DNA of 59,818 bases, filler included, from Diploschistes diacapsis (GCA_023645945.1; 6 parts of 6 records of this genome joined end to end with filler, not necessarily neighbours in it); one strand, 5' to 3'. Positions 26,386-37,949 are shown, counted from the whole stretch's first letter. A program made the numbers and translations. Notes: generated by a model from the sequence alone, not told the origin.

Positions 26386-27996
26386 TCAAACTCTCTTCTT
26401 CAACCACACCTGGCCCTGGGGATTTGGGACCATTCCTCCCTCTGTGAAGATATTCTTTGGCCTGCTCTCGCCTTCATTAAGTTTGATATCATAATTTAGA
26501 ATTAGGTGCACCAGGATGATCTTGATCTCATTTGCTGCGAAGAATCTGCCAGGACATGCATGGACACCATGCCCCCAGTACAGGTACTCTTTATTCGTCG
26601 TAACATACTGATACCTGCCATCGTTGGCCTTGCTCTTGCTCTCGGTTCTCAATTTGTAGAAGCGTAATCCATCAAACGTGTCAGGGTCTGGATAAATAGC
26701 AGGGTCCGTAGCTATGCAGCCAACCGGCACAGTAACAGTAGAGTGTTTCGGAAATACTGTCTCATCGTTCATCGTGACATCTGTCTTCATCTTGCGACTG
26801 AAGCCTGTGCTGCTGAAAGGATTCAAACGCTGCGATTCTTTCATGAAGCTGTCCATCTTCCGCAGACGTGCCATGCTAGCTTTGCTGAGGATACCGAGTG
26901 GCTCCGTTCGCTGCACCTCGATGATCTCTTCTCATAAGGGTTCGAGATACTCTGGATGCGCCGCAAGATCAAAGAAGATGTGCGTCATAGTGTTTGAAGT
27001 GGTATGCATGGCCGCTGTGGCGATTTGAAGCTGATACATTGCTTGCCAGGTCAGGTCCGTAGCCCGCCCGGGAGGTGAATTGGCGAGGATCCAAGTCAGC
27101 ATGTCAGACCGTCTGGGGTCAGAAGCGAGACGAGCGGCAAGTACAGGAGCCAGGAGACGCTTCATGGTCTCTATGGAAGCTTCCGGTCTTCGACATTCCG
27201 CAACCCACAAAGAAGCTAAGGGACGAAGCCAGGGTGGGTACTTGCGCATGACTGGAATGACGCTGAACCCCTGCACTGCAAAGTTGAGAGCACAGTCGAG
27301 ATACTCTTCGTTGCGGTTCAGCTCAGGGCCGATGAAGATGCGACCGGAAACCAGAGCAATAATTCGCATGAGGCCTGCCATGGGATAGGAGGGCGTCCAG
27401 TCTGTTATATTAGGCCCGCACTCGAGGAGTAGAAGTCGTCAATGCATACCTTTGCACTCCCCTATCACCTGAGCAAAGGCATAATCAATCTCCTCCTGCA
27501 AATCGTTCATAATGATCCCAAGATTAGGTGTTAGATTGTTCTTGATAGTATGGGTGAGCGTCTCGTCGTGAATACCGCCTGGGGCAAGCATCTTGGTATA
27601 TTGCCCTAGAAACCGCTACTCTTGTTTAACTGAGCTGTCTTCATCTTACTTATGAAGGACACTTGCATCGTCTATATCTTCAAGGAAGTTGACCTTCTCG
27701 TCCGGCCACTGCATCAACTCATCGACATACTTGGCGGGGATGATATGCACGTCTTTGTGCGGATGCTCAACAAGGTATATATGATTCTTGTCTTTGGCGT
27801 AGTTTTCCTGCATTATATCCTCAAGCGTATCAAACTTACTCTCGTGGTTTCTGCTCTGCTTCGTTACGTATTTTGGCACGTCTGTTTTCTTTCTTCCCTG
27901 GTACACTCGAACCGAATAGTAAAGTACAAGAGGAAGAAGCAGGCTCAAAGCCATTGGCAACATAGAGCCATCGGTTGAGAGAAGATGTTGCAACAT
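26386..27996 (-). pseudogene. Cytochrome P450 (ent-kaurene-oxidase-like secondary-metabolism P450) with a premature stop
   Basis: AAMHTTS, KMDSFMKESQR, FDGLRF and the heme motif WGHGVHACPGRFFA. YLEPL*EEI has TGA at 26932-26934 where EPLREE is expected. Confidence 0.85.
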
Positions 27997-28544
27997 CGTA
28001 ACAGCCAAAGCGGATCTTGCAGTGACAAGTGTGTTGAAGATCTGACAATACTAGACTATAGCAATCTTGAAGTTCAATGTTGCTAGCGATAGGGCGCTAT
28101 CAGACCTTGTACATACATCTTCAGAAACTTTCTTGGTTACTCCAATCTGGTTCTCACCGCATCTGTGCCGCTTCAGTCAGCACGTTGGTGAGTCCGCCGC
28201 GCCGAACAGCACGGTATCGTGGAGAGCTACATACGAGTTCGCGATATAAATTTATCAGCATCTCCTGTTCCCTCACACTATACAGCACAGTACCGCATCT
28301 GAAGAAATGTCAAACTGCAACTCGTCGGTCAAGTTGACCGTTCAAGAATTGCCCTATCTCCATCATGGGTCTACCCTGCCCCCACTGCTAACTTACCGTT
28401 AGAATTGTATCCGACCTCCGCGAAGGACCTTGCTTTACTCTTTGCAGCTCAGATCGTAAGGTATGTGCTATTCTGCCTATTATAAAATTGTGTAACATAT
28501 TTGGTGGCGCCCTAGTGATGCATTCTGCCTAGCTCGCTATGGCT

Positions 28545-28699
28545 CTGCTAGATATTTAGATCTCTATATAATTTATATATAAATGCATGTCACTTATAGA
28601 AATACGTAGAACTATATAGAATTAAATATAAAAGAAATATAATTTATTATTATCGTGCCTATAATAATTTATAAAGTAAGCTATATAGCTATAAAGACT
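28545..28699. mobile_element. AT-rich RIP-like repeat remnant at the segment end
   Basis: Abrupt shift to AT/TpA-rich sequence running into the gap. Confidence 0.55.
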
Positions 28700-28799
28700 N
28701 NNNNNNNNNNNNNNNNNNNNNNNNNNNNNNNNNNNNNNNNNNNTTAATTAATTAANNNNNNNNNNNNNNNNNNNNNNNNNNNNNNNNNNNNNNNNNNNN
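28700..28799. other. Artificial scaffold linker (N44-TTAATTAATTAA-N44)
   Basis: Identical 100 bp spacer with a six-frame stop also occurs at 34936-35035, 41163-41262, 47390-47489 and 53607-53706. Confidence 0.97.
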
Positions 28800-29735
28800 T
28801 CCCTCCTCCGCGCCAACCTCCTCGGGTTCCTGTGGTACTACCTCCTCCTCGACATGCTCAAAACCTACACACTCCACGACGCGTACTTCCTCGGCCACGG
28901 CTCCCTCCTCACGAGTCCCTATTCCCTCTCTTCCGTCCTCCCAACCTCTCCTCCAGCCCCACCGCTCCCCCCATTCCTACCACTCTTCCTGGCCCGCTCT
29001 CCCTCCCTCTCCAAATGGCTCCGCCTCCTCCTTGCCCTCCTGACCACGCGCCTCGCCCTCGGCCTGATCTTCACGCTCTCCCCCCTCTTCTTCGTCGGCG
29101 TCCTCGGCACGCGCGCCCTCGGCCTGCGCGCCGAACCCTGGCTGTACGCCGACTTCGGCGGGTATTTCTCGCACCTCTACGAGGCCGGGCTCGCCGGCTG
29201 GTGGAGCAGGTGGTGGCACCAGATCTTTCGCGTCGGGTTCGAGACGCCGGGGCTTTGGGCGTGCGGGAAGTTGGGGCTGAATACGAAGGGAAAGCGGGGC
29301 AGGTTGCTGTGCGTTGGCATCGCGTTCGGGATAAGCGGGGTGCTGCATGCGGCGGGGAGCCGGACCATGTTGCCGGAAACGGATCCCCTCGGGGGACCGT
29401 TGCTGTTTTTCGCGCTGCAGGCGGTCGGCGTGGTGGGCGAGGGCGTGGTGAGGGGTTGGCTGCGGGGGAAGGAGCGGTGGAGGCATGGGGTGCCGCGGTC
29501 GGTGAAGGAAGCGTTCACCTTCGTGTGGGTGGCGGGGTGGATGTATTATACTGCGCCGTTGGTTGTGGATGATTTCAGTAAGGGGGGAATATGGCTGTTT
29601 GAACCCGTGCCTTTTAGTTTGTTGAGGGCTTTGGGGTATGGAGAGGAGGGGGACAGCAGGCTGTGGAGGTGGAGGGGAAGAAATGTGTTTTGGTATACGG
29701 GGGATCGCTGGTGGAAGTCTGGGATAGCAGTATAA
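28800..29735 (+). CDS. Second wax-synthase-type MBOAT, 5' truncated by the gap
   Basis: GLAGWWSRWWHQIFR, AFGISGVLHAAGS, FFALQAVG and DDFSKGGIWLFEPVPFS. The frame is open from the gap edge. Confidence 0.85.
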   Translation, partial: SLLRANLLGFLWYYLLLDMLKTYTLHDAYFLGHGSLLTSPYSLSSVLPTSPPAPPLPPFLPLFLARSPSLSKWLRLLLALLTTRLALGLIFTLSPLFFVGVLGTRALGLRAEPWLYADFGGYFSHLYEAGLAGWWSRWWHQIFRVGFETPGLWACGKLGLNTKGKRGRLLCVGIAFGISGVLHAAGSRTMLPETDPLGGPLLFFALQAVGVVGEGVVRGWLRGKERWRHGVPRSVKEAFTFVWVAGWMYYTAPLVVDDFSKGGIWLFEPVPFSLLRALGYGEEGDSRLWRWRGRNVFWYTGDRWWKSGIAV

Positions 29736-30006
29736 AAATGGTTTCTGAATCTTTCGGCATGAATCAATTCCCAAAGCGAGAAGGAATACTAGCTGATGTT
29801 CTTCCTATCGGGTTCGTACATTGCTCTGCTTTAGCTTTTTTGAAGCCCCGGTGCTGTGCTCATCGTAGGCCATTGCAGCGTCAACTGCCACTATGCTGCT
29901 AGCTCTCGTGCTATGCTTAATGGATTAGTGGTACCAAAAAATCCGGCACAAACATCAAACAACAGAAGGCAATACAGCCTTGTCTGGACTTCTTTCTGTC
30001 CAACAG

Positions 30007-32416
30007 TCATGCCCTTCTCGGAGGCCCCTTTCTAGCCTTGGGAAATGTCAGAGGAATCTTGAGTATTGCCATACGATGCGAGCTCGAGGCCGCAGCGCGC
30101 GTGAGACGCAACTTCTCCCGCAAGGATTCTTTGACCGGCTCGAACTTGCAGCCCAGCTCCTTGCAATACTTGCCCATTCTGCGGAAGAGGGCGTTAGTAC
30201 ATCCGGAATGTTTTCCAGTGGCGGACTGGAAGAAGGGAAGTGGAGGGATGGAATCGACTTACTGGTTCACTTCCAAACCCAGGTCCCCGCACAGATCGTG
30301 AATGTCGCTTTCAAAACTGTCGATGACAACGGCGATGGCGCAGATGTGGGTAATCAGGTAGTCAACATGCCATTGATCGAGGGAGCTGGAAACTTTAGAA
30401 AGCGATGCGGAACGAACGGAGACGAGAGACCTCACCCTTCGGGAGCAAATTTACTTGTAATGCTTTCCAGCACCAGCGACTCTACGTCTCTCAACAGCTT
30501 CGCGTCCGCCGGCTTGGGTAGCCTGAGATCTGCGCTCCTGTATGGCTTTATCAAACTCTGTTTGACTTGGATCAACGCCAACAAGTACTTCAGCATTCTA
30601 GTCTTGCTACGGTCGTTAGCATCGATGGTCGTAGTAAGCCTATTGGACACAAAGCGACTTGTGGTCTGCACATCGACTTTGCCACGGACTGCTTCTTCCC
30701 AATGCTGTATATTCACATGTTTGAGAGTGCTCTCCCCAATGAGGGTCTCAATGGTGTATACTTCTGCGGGTGTCTTAGCCTCGAGATTGGGTTTGGGTAC
30801 TGGCTTGGCGGCATCGGTCGCTGCTTGTAGTTCTGCAGAGGTAGGCATTGCAACTTGGCCCATTGAAGCGAACACTGCAGCCGCTGCTGCATCGATGATG
30901 GGCTTTCCGCTTGCATCCCTTTTCTTTCCGAGTGGTGAAGTAATAGCATTTTTCTGGAGGGCTTGAAGGTTCCTTTGCGCCTTCTTGCTACCGAATGATT
31001 CTATGAGGTCTTGTTTCGACTGCAGTTTCTGAGGATCGTTAGCAAACTAGCGAACTATCACCTAGGTAACGTACAGTCTTTGGGGTCGTATTGTCGGAAT
31101 CTTCGCCCCGTGCTTCGCGAGCCGACTTCAAAGTGCTTCGCACAGTAAGTTGTCGAGCGGGCACAACCTGCACTTCTCTAGTTTCTGGATCATAGATTCC
31201 GATATAGTGTCGTAAGTAGGCATCTGTTCCGCCCGAAGTTTCTACTTTGGCAGTGTAGTCTAGCGTCGGATGAGCCTCGTTATGTAGAAGAAGCTCCTGT
31301 GACCATGGTGTCCGCTCTACCCTCTTTTCGGGCTGTTTTTGAGGTCTAGAATATGCTTTAAGGGGAGTGTCGAACTTTATAGAGAGACCAGGCATATGAG
31401 CTATCAAATAAATTAGATATGTCTACAGATAGTGTCCTGAAAACTAATCGCTCACCAACAACGGGACCCCATTCTCCAACGTCTTCCACCATCTTGAATA
31501 TAATTGGCTTGATAGCCGTTTGCTTCTCCTTGGTTCTGGGGATATCGTTTGCTACGGCAGCTCCCTTCGTGACCAAGGTCTCGTTTGCTTCAAACAAAGT
31601 CTTTCCAACAACATCTCCTTCTATAGTAGCTTCATCTGCGTCGGAAGAGTCACTTGAGTCTGAGCTATCCCCGGTCTTAGGGTGTATCTTTTGACTGGGA
31701 GCTCCGTTTGATCCCAGGACTAGCCGGCTCTTTGTAGCTTCGGGAACCTTAACTACGTGAGACGTGCCCGAGTTAGAGCTGCCTTTTCGACCTGCGCTGA
31801 TGACAGCTCCTGCACTGGAGAACTCTTCTGGGTCGTGAGGCTGCTCGGCGTTAAGCTTCTGGTCTGGACTAGATCTGTTTGTGCTGGAAAAATCCTTTGC
31901 GGCGGGGCCCTTGACACTAGCAGCAGCGTCTGGATCGAGAGGACCATTCCCTGTAGGGACATCTTCTATACTAGGAAAATCTTGTGCTGACACATTGTCC
32001 TCTGTCTTGCCAGCAAGTTGAGTAGCTTGAACCTTGAGATTGTCCGCTCCGGCATCAGTAAGCTGCTTCTTGCTTGACCACTCATGTTCATCAGACTCGC
32101 GCTTGCGCTTCTTGTTTCCCTTCTTTTTGTTCTCACCGTCACGCTCGAACCCATTCACCGCTCTCATTGCCCTCCTCTCCCGTTTCTCCTCCTTCCTCGC
32201 ATACTTTTCCTGCTTGGTTTCCTTGCCTTCGGTCTTTGCTTTTTCTTCTTTATTTTCTAGCTTTGTTTGGGCCTTTTTGGCCCCTCTCTCCTCGCTCTTG
32301 TCCTTCAGCGGTAGATATTTTGGGTTTGTACTTTTCTCGCTCTTTCTCTCTTTTTTGGGGAGCTTTTCAGCCCCTACTTCTGGCTTCTGAGGCTTAGCCT
32401 CTGGTGTCGATTTCAT
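30007..32416 (-). CDS. RPA49: RNA polymerase I subunit A49 (Rpa49/PAF53) with a long charged N-terminal extension
   Basis: ELLLH...LDYT, HYIGIYDPET, IESFGSKKA, PKPNLEAKTPAEVY, CKELGCK and AILKIPLTFP across 4 exons. Confidence 0.85.
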
Positions 32417-32752
32417 CAAGATTTTGGCCCAAGTGTAGTCAAGCCAGGCAGGCAGCTGTGGCCGCTGTGCCCTTACTAATGGTGTAGTGCTGTTCCGACA
32501 ATTTCAACTCGTTAAGCGAGAACTTCTTTGGAGCTTGGACCATCAAAACACGTGCATTTAAATTTCGTAGTAGCTTAGTAAAGGTCTTGAGCACGCGAGG
32601 GAGAGAGTACTCAATCTTATGTCGCATTTAATTCTTCCGAGATATTCATGATCTTCTCCATTGTCGTCTATTAGGATCTTATTACTAACCTTCTCTACCA
32701 AACCCTTATTTGTCCGTTACTCATTTCCCTCCGCAAGCCTACTGCCGTCGCC

Positions 32753-33426
32753 ATGTTTTCCGCCACACGCTCAACTCTCCCACGCGCTCTAGCACGCTCT
32801 TTCAGCACCACTCCGCGCCCACAGGTTGCAAAAATGACCATTGTAGGCCGTCTAGGTGCCGAACCTGAGGCAGTCACTACATCGTCCGGCCGGGAACTCG
32901 TACGCTATTCCATCGGAACAAGACACGGCCCGAAAGACAAGGAAACTACAACTTGGTGGAAAGTTGCGAGCTTCACGGAAGAGGGAAGTCGCCTTAGTGA
33001 ACTGTTGAAAGGGCTACCCAAGGGGTGAGTGTCTGTTTTTGTATTCCGAGGCATGCTCGTGGGGATAGTGAAGGAGATGTGATATTGGGAAGAAAAGGCG
33101 AGGGTCTGCCCAATCTGGATTAGGGGCTTGAGGCGAGCGGTCGCTGTCTAGAACGAAGCATGAAAACAGACTATAGGTTACCATGATGAAATAGGCTAAC
33201 AAACTGGTGGTACTAGGACTCTCGTCTACGTCGAGGGCGAAGCTAGCATGCGCAAGTACGAAAGAGATGGTCGAGAAGAGACCTCTCTGCGTCTCATTCA
33301 AAGTAAAAGATACAATCCCCGGCACGCACCTCCCCCCTCTTATGGTGTAATCTAGATAAGCTCGAAATTCTTCGGCGACCTGATTCCGCGCGAAGCGAGG
33401 ACGAGTCGCAACAAGCAGAATCTTGA
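32753..33426 (+). CDS. RIM1: Mitochondrial single-stranded DNA-binding protein
   Basis: Presequence-like N-terminus (ARSFSTT), AKMTIVGRLGAEPE, TTWWKVASF and LPKG|TLVYVEG. 3 exons, stop at 33424-33426. Confidence 0.88.
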
Positions 33427-34382
33427 GCAGACGGGCAGGACAACTGGACATATAAAGGTGCCTTGCTCTGTTCCTGCTCTGTTAAGATTCACAACGGCAG
33501 TAAAAGCTCAGAGTTCGATGCTTGTATAATACTGGCGCATATGGAAGCGGGATGGGAAACTCTTCTTCAGGATCGGGGTTGTCTGTGGCTCATATACCCA
33601 GTGAATGCACATAACACGTTGGTCGCAGAAGGAATGTTGCTGCTAATGGTTTGGGTCGGCATCGTTTGACAATGCAGAAATTCGTTCCCAGGGACACATC
33701 GTTCCAATCGTTTGGGTGCATGCATGTATTTTCCTGTTCTGTTTTGGATTGCTATTGTGCTTTGTCTGATTCTGGACTGTATCAACCTTAATCCCTGGTC
33801 TATCTCATAAACACATCTTCAACTTCCCCAGCCAGAAACTTTTCGTTCCCAATCTTGTCATCTATCGTGTACTGTTATTCTCAGACTATCAAGTCGTCTA
33901 AAGCTATTGTTATCATTGCAATATATGATACACAGCTATTTTCGTCTTGTGTTTGTCAAGATGAGCCCAATCGAGCATGCCCAATGTGCCATACTATGTA
34001 CACATTGCGGACCCCTGCCCATTCCGCATGCAGCAACAACATGTCAATAGTCCTCACAATGTTCAAGTTTGCAGGTAATAGAAAGAACACTAGTGCAGAG
34101 AGATGATTGCCATTCCACTTCCGATTGCCCTAACCATTACCATTACCGTTGCCAGCAGCGGACATTCTCCATTCTCTTTTCTCTCCATCAACTCCCAAAA
34201 CCTCTTTGCCTCTTTGCCCAACAAAATATCCAAGGTCCCAGCTCATCGGGAAATACGATCCGATCGAGCGATGCAGAACCCCCATCTCCTCATCGCCAAA
34301 CCAACCATCCCCTTCGCAACTCCAAGGCTCAAAGCCCTCCCATCTCAATCCTTACAACTTCATCTCCCATCAACCCTGTTCT

Positions 34383-35567
34383 ATGGCGCCTCACGTAAAA
34401 GCCCACCGCGTTTCCCTCTCCTCCCACCAGGCAACACGAAACTGCCCACTCAACCGAGATCATGCCCATAACTGCACCATCCACGAGGCGGGCACATGGC
34501 AGCCGACTCCGTGCGCCAACGCCGCCGCACAAGCCAAAGCTGCAACGCCAGCTCCAACGCAAAACGCAAAACGCAAAACGCGAAATCGCCTCCGTATGGA
34601 CCTGCGCCACCACCCAACAAGCACTCCCCACGCTCCAGTCCCGACCGCGCCTCTCCGGCCCGGGGCTCGCAGGCCCAGCAGGAATCTAAGCCCGAGTCCC
34701 GAACCAGATCCAGAACCAGATCCAGGTCCGAGACATCTGCTTCCCCTCCAGCAGCAGCAGCCGCCGTCGCCGCCACCACCTCTCGACAACGACGACAAAC
34801 GACGAACGACGACGGAGACGACGCAGACGCCACCGCCCGAACCCCCCAGGGCTTTCGCGGCGCAGAGCGAGCGCGAGAGGAACGCCGGGTTGAGGGTCTT
34901 CGAGGGGACAGAACGAGGGGGGGGACATGACGCAGNNNNNNNNNNNNNNNNNNNNNNNNNNNNNNNNNNNNNNNNNNNNTTAATTAATTAANNNNNNNNN
35001 NNNNNNNNNNNNNNNNNNNNNNNNNNNNNNNNNNNCCTCTGGACCTCAAACCCGCGCTAACCTCGGCATGCCGAGCATCCATCTTCCGTCCTCCCCCGGT
35101 TTCGGGCCTTTGCAAACACCCAGCCGCATGCATCCTGACGACTTTTGCCTGCAGCATACTACCCCGCGGCATCCTACTTCCCGCATACCACACGCTACGC
35201 TACGGGCGGGTACTACTACGGAAAGGCAAAAGACGCAGCAGCACCGGCTGGTGCGACCTGCCCTGTGTGCAACGGGCAGCCGCAAGTGTGGAGCATGGAT
35301 AGGACGGGGATGGGGCCGCCAGGCAGTTGGAGCTGCGGCGGCGGGGACCTTCGAGAGGAGAGGAGAGGGGCTCGGGGTAGGCTCGGGCTGGGGATTTGGA
35401 GACTAGATGGATGGTATGGAAATACTCCGTGGGCATGTGAGTTTGGGGGGTTTGCTGTGGTTATAGTGTGTGTTGTTGCTTTTGGCTTGAAGGAAGGGGG
35501 GGAGAACGAACGGTGCTATTGTGCTGGCGGATGGGATTGCAGGTTGTGTGCCTTGGTACATGCATAG
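34383..35567 (+). CDS. Possible hypothetical Pro/Ala-rich protein interrupted by a linker
   Basis: ORF from ATG 34383 runs into the gap. After the gap a GC-rich ORF with a CPVC pair is open. No family recognised and the join is unverified. Confidence 0.3.
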
Positions 35568-36052
35568 TTGGAAGGTCGATTGTTTGTTGACGTGATGCTT
35601 TATGGGCGTTCGTTTCTGGACTTTGCTTCGAAGGGCTATGGCGGACGGAATGGGATGACTATGGGATCATGTCCGCGGGAGGTGGGGGGTTTCCCCCTCT
35701 TCTTCTCCGCACTGTAATTCTTAATGCTTTTGTGATTTGTTCTACACGTCTAGTACCAGATCCGTCCTCTCCTCCATCTTGTCCAATCCCGCAGTTCTCC
35801 TTTATCATCCCCCATCTGACATGCCGCCCAAGGGGTATCCATTTCCTTCCGATGCACGCTCAAATCATAGCCGAGGGTCAAAAATAGCCGTTCAATCGTT
35901 CGTTCCTGGCATGCTGCATGGACTGAAAACGCCCAAACGACGCAACGCCGCCCCCATGCTCGCTCGCTCAAAAAGCCGTCAAGAAAGCACAAGAAGCCAC
36001 AAAACTGTATGGACGTAGTATTACATTAAAAAAAGACTGAATCCACCTTCTC

Positions 36053-37111
36053 CTAGTAGCTCGCCGTGATGGGCTCTTGGTGGGTCCGAGAGCTGGCGAG
36101 GAGGCTGGGAGGAAGCGGCGGTAGAGCTAGTTGGGATGGTCTGCTCATCCCCTCGAAGCTGCGGCTGATGCTCGGAAGGGTCTGGGCCACATTGTACCCG
36201 GCCGTGCCGGTGGGCGAAAAGGTCGCGTTCCCGAAACCGCTCGAGCCCAAGTAGGTGGATGGAGAGGGCGCCGTACTGCTACTGTAGAGAGGTGATTGCG
36301 AGTGGCTCGAACCGTAAGAGAAGCGCTGTGGTGGCGGGGGTTGGCGATGGGCGAGTGTCGGCTGAGGAATAGGCGCACTGGAGGAGACAGAAGAGATGGA
36401 TCCTGTTCGCTGCTGCTGGTTTGGTAGTGGAGCGAGGCCGTGGGGGAACAGCGACGAGGCCTGGGAGTGCTGTAGGCTGGGCAGTGGTGGATGGGTCGAT
36501 GAAGCCACGGACGGTGAATGAGGAAATCCGAGGCCAGAGTCGTCGAACTCGGAAGCCGAATGCTGAGAGTGCTCTGGGCTGCTGTGTCGCACAGTGTGTC
36601 GGCGAGCGGCTCGGCCGGCAGTCTGCAAAGTCTTCAAGCCTTTCTCCATACACTTTCCGCTTGGTTAGCCACAGTGACGTTGCAGCGGTCGGAAGACTCC
36701 TACCTTCATCTCGACGGTCTGCCATTTTTCGCCAACCGCGTCGGCCAGGATCTTCCACATCATTTCGCGACAGTTGAGATAGGCTCGGGCCAGATCCTCG
36801 ACCTTGATTCCGTCCCAGCTCTCGGCGCTTTTCTTTTCCATCAGTCGCTCGTGCCTCTTCCTGCATGCATTTGCCGTCTTGGAAGGGAAGTTTGTGGCAA
36901 TGGGACCCCAGAGCATTCCTTGCGCACGAAACTGCATTAAACGTGCGTCGTCTTCGTGGGACCACGCGGTGGACGAGCGCTCGCTGGTTGAAGAAGCAAA
37001 GTCCTGTGAAAAGGTCCTGGGGGCTGAGGCGCGAGCTGGCTCGAGTGGAATTATGGTGGGATAGGGTTCCGTCCGCGCGTGATGCGACATTAATCTTTGC
37101 TCCTTCGGCAT
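36053..37111 (-). CDS. Myb/SANT-like DNA-binding protein
   Basis: WSHEDDARLMQFRAQGMLWGPIATNFPSKTANACRKRHERL, then MWKILADAVGEKWQTVEMK|CMEKGLK, then a Ser/Pro-rich tail. One intron. Confidence 0.85.
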
Positions 37112-37844
37112 AATGCGTGTGGCTGAGTGTTGCGCGGAGAGAAAGCTTCCACCGGGGAAGTGCAAGATCCAGGCGGATGATTGCCCAAGTAAAGAGCGGC
37201 AAAGACGCTGTTTAGATAATCCCAGAAAACTCCCGAAGACGTCCAAGCTGGGCCACGCTTGGGCAGTATAAAACGTAGTGTAAGCTACCTGAGCCTACTG
37301 AGACGGCAACGGAACAGCAGAGACGAGAGGTGGAAAGAAAGCAGCAGAGGCAAAGGATGTGTAGCCGATTAGGCCAGGCCAGCTGGAACGGTGAAGGGGA
37401 CAAGGAAGGAGGATCTAGAAGGAAGAAGAACTACAAGGAGGACTGTAGTATGAGAACCGATAGGCGCATCCAAGCAAAGAAGATCAACAACAGTGTAGGA
37501 AAGGAATGCAAGAGGAAGCGAGTTGATGTTATACCATTACCGTCAAGGAAGAAGACCTTTTAAGTCGTTAGTGATGGATAGGGATCAACAGTTCGACAAG
37601 AAGCTAGGGGAGTGGAAATAATGATGTATGATTTATGTTAGAGTGGAGGCATGGAATTTTCTAATCGGTATCGCCGTTGAAGGGAAGGCATGTAAGTAGG
37701 CAGAGTGGCACGGGCGTGGATGGGGCTTCTTCCTGCATGTAGGTAGGTAGGGGGGGGGGGACGAGGGAGGTTAACGAAACAAAACGAGGTTGAGTTGACG
37801 CCAGACAGAACAGACAGAATGGGATGGGGTTTTCTGTACCCACC

Positions 37845-37949
37845 TTAGCTTTAGCTTTAGCTTTAGCTTTAGCTTTAGCCTTAGCCTTAGCCTTGGCGTC
37901 AAGTCGGTCGACAACTTTAGATTTAGAATTTAGAATTTAGAATTTAGAA
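37845..37949. repeat. Microsatellites (TTAGCT/TTAGCC)n and (TTTAGAA)n
   Basis: About 8 hexamer units followed by about 4-5 heptamer units. Confidence 0.9.

Noticed and set aside
1..28699. Starship-type giant transposon carrying the cluster
   Set aside because: No tyrosine-recombinase captain or defined boundaries are visible in the window. It cannot be excluded beyond the segment edges.
28744..28755. TTAATTAATTAA as a biological repeat or piggyBac target site
   Set aside because: It is always centred in 100 bp N runs, so it is an assembly linker.
28800..29735. Second MBOAT as a member of the PKS-C cluster
   Set aside because: It lies across an artificial gap and AT-rich repeat, has a very different base composition, and sits next to housekeeping genes. 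Linkage is unsupported.
29980..30966. Long antisense ORFs (29980-30966 +, 48222-49046 +, 28977-29774 -, 6376-7101 -) as genes
   Set aside because: They are shadows of RPA49, KGD1, the MBOAT and the MFS on the opposite strand, with no recognisable motifs.
37845..37892. Interstitial telomeric repeat
   Set aside because: The units are TTAGCT/TTAGCC, not the fungal TTAGGG; treated as an ordinary microsatellite.
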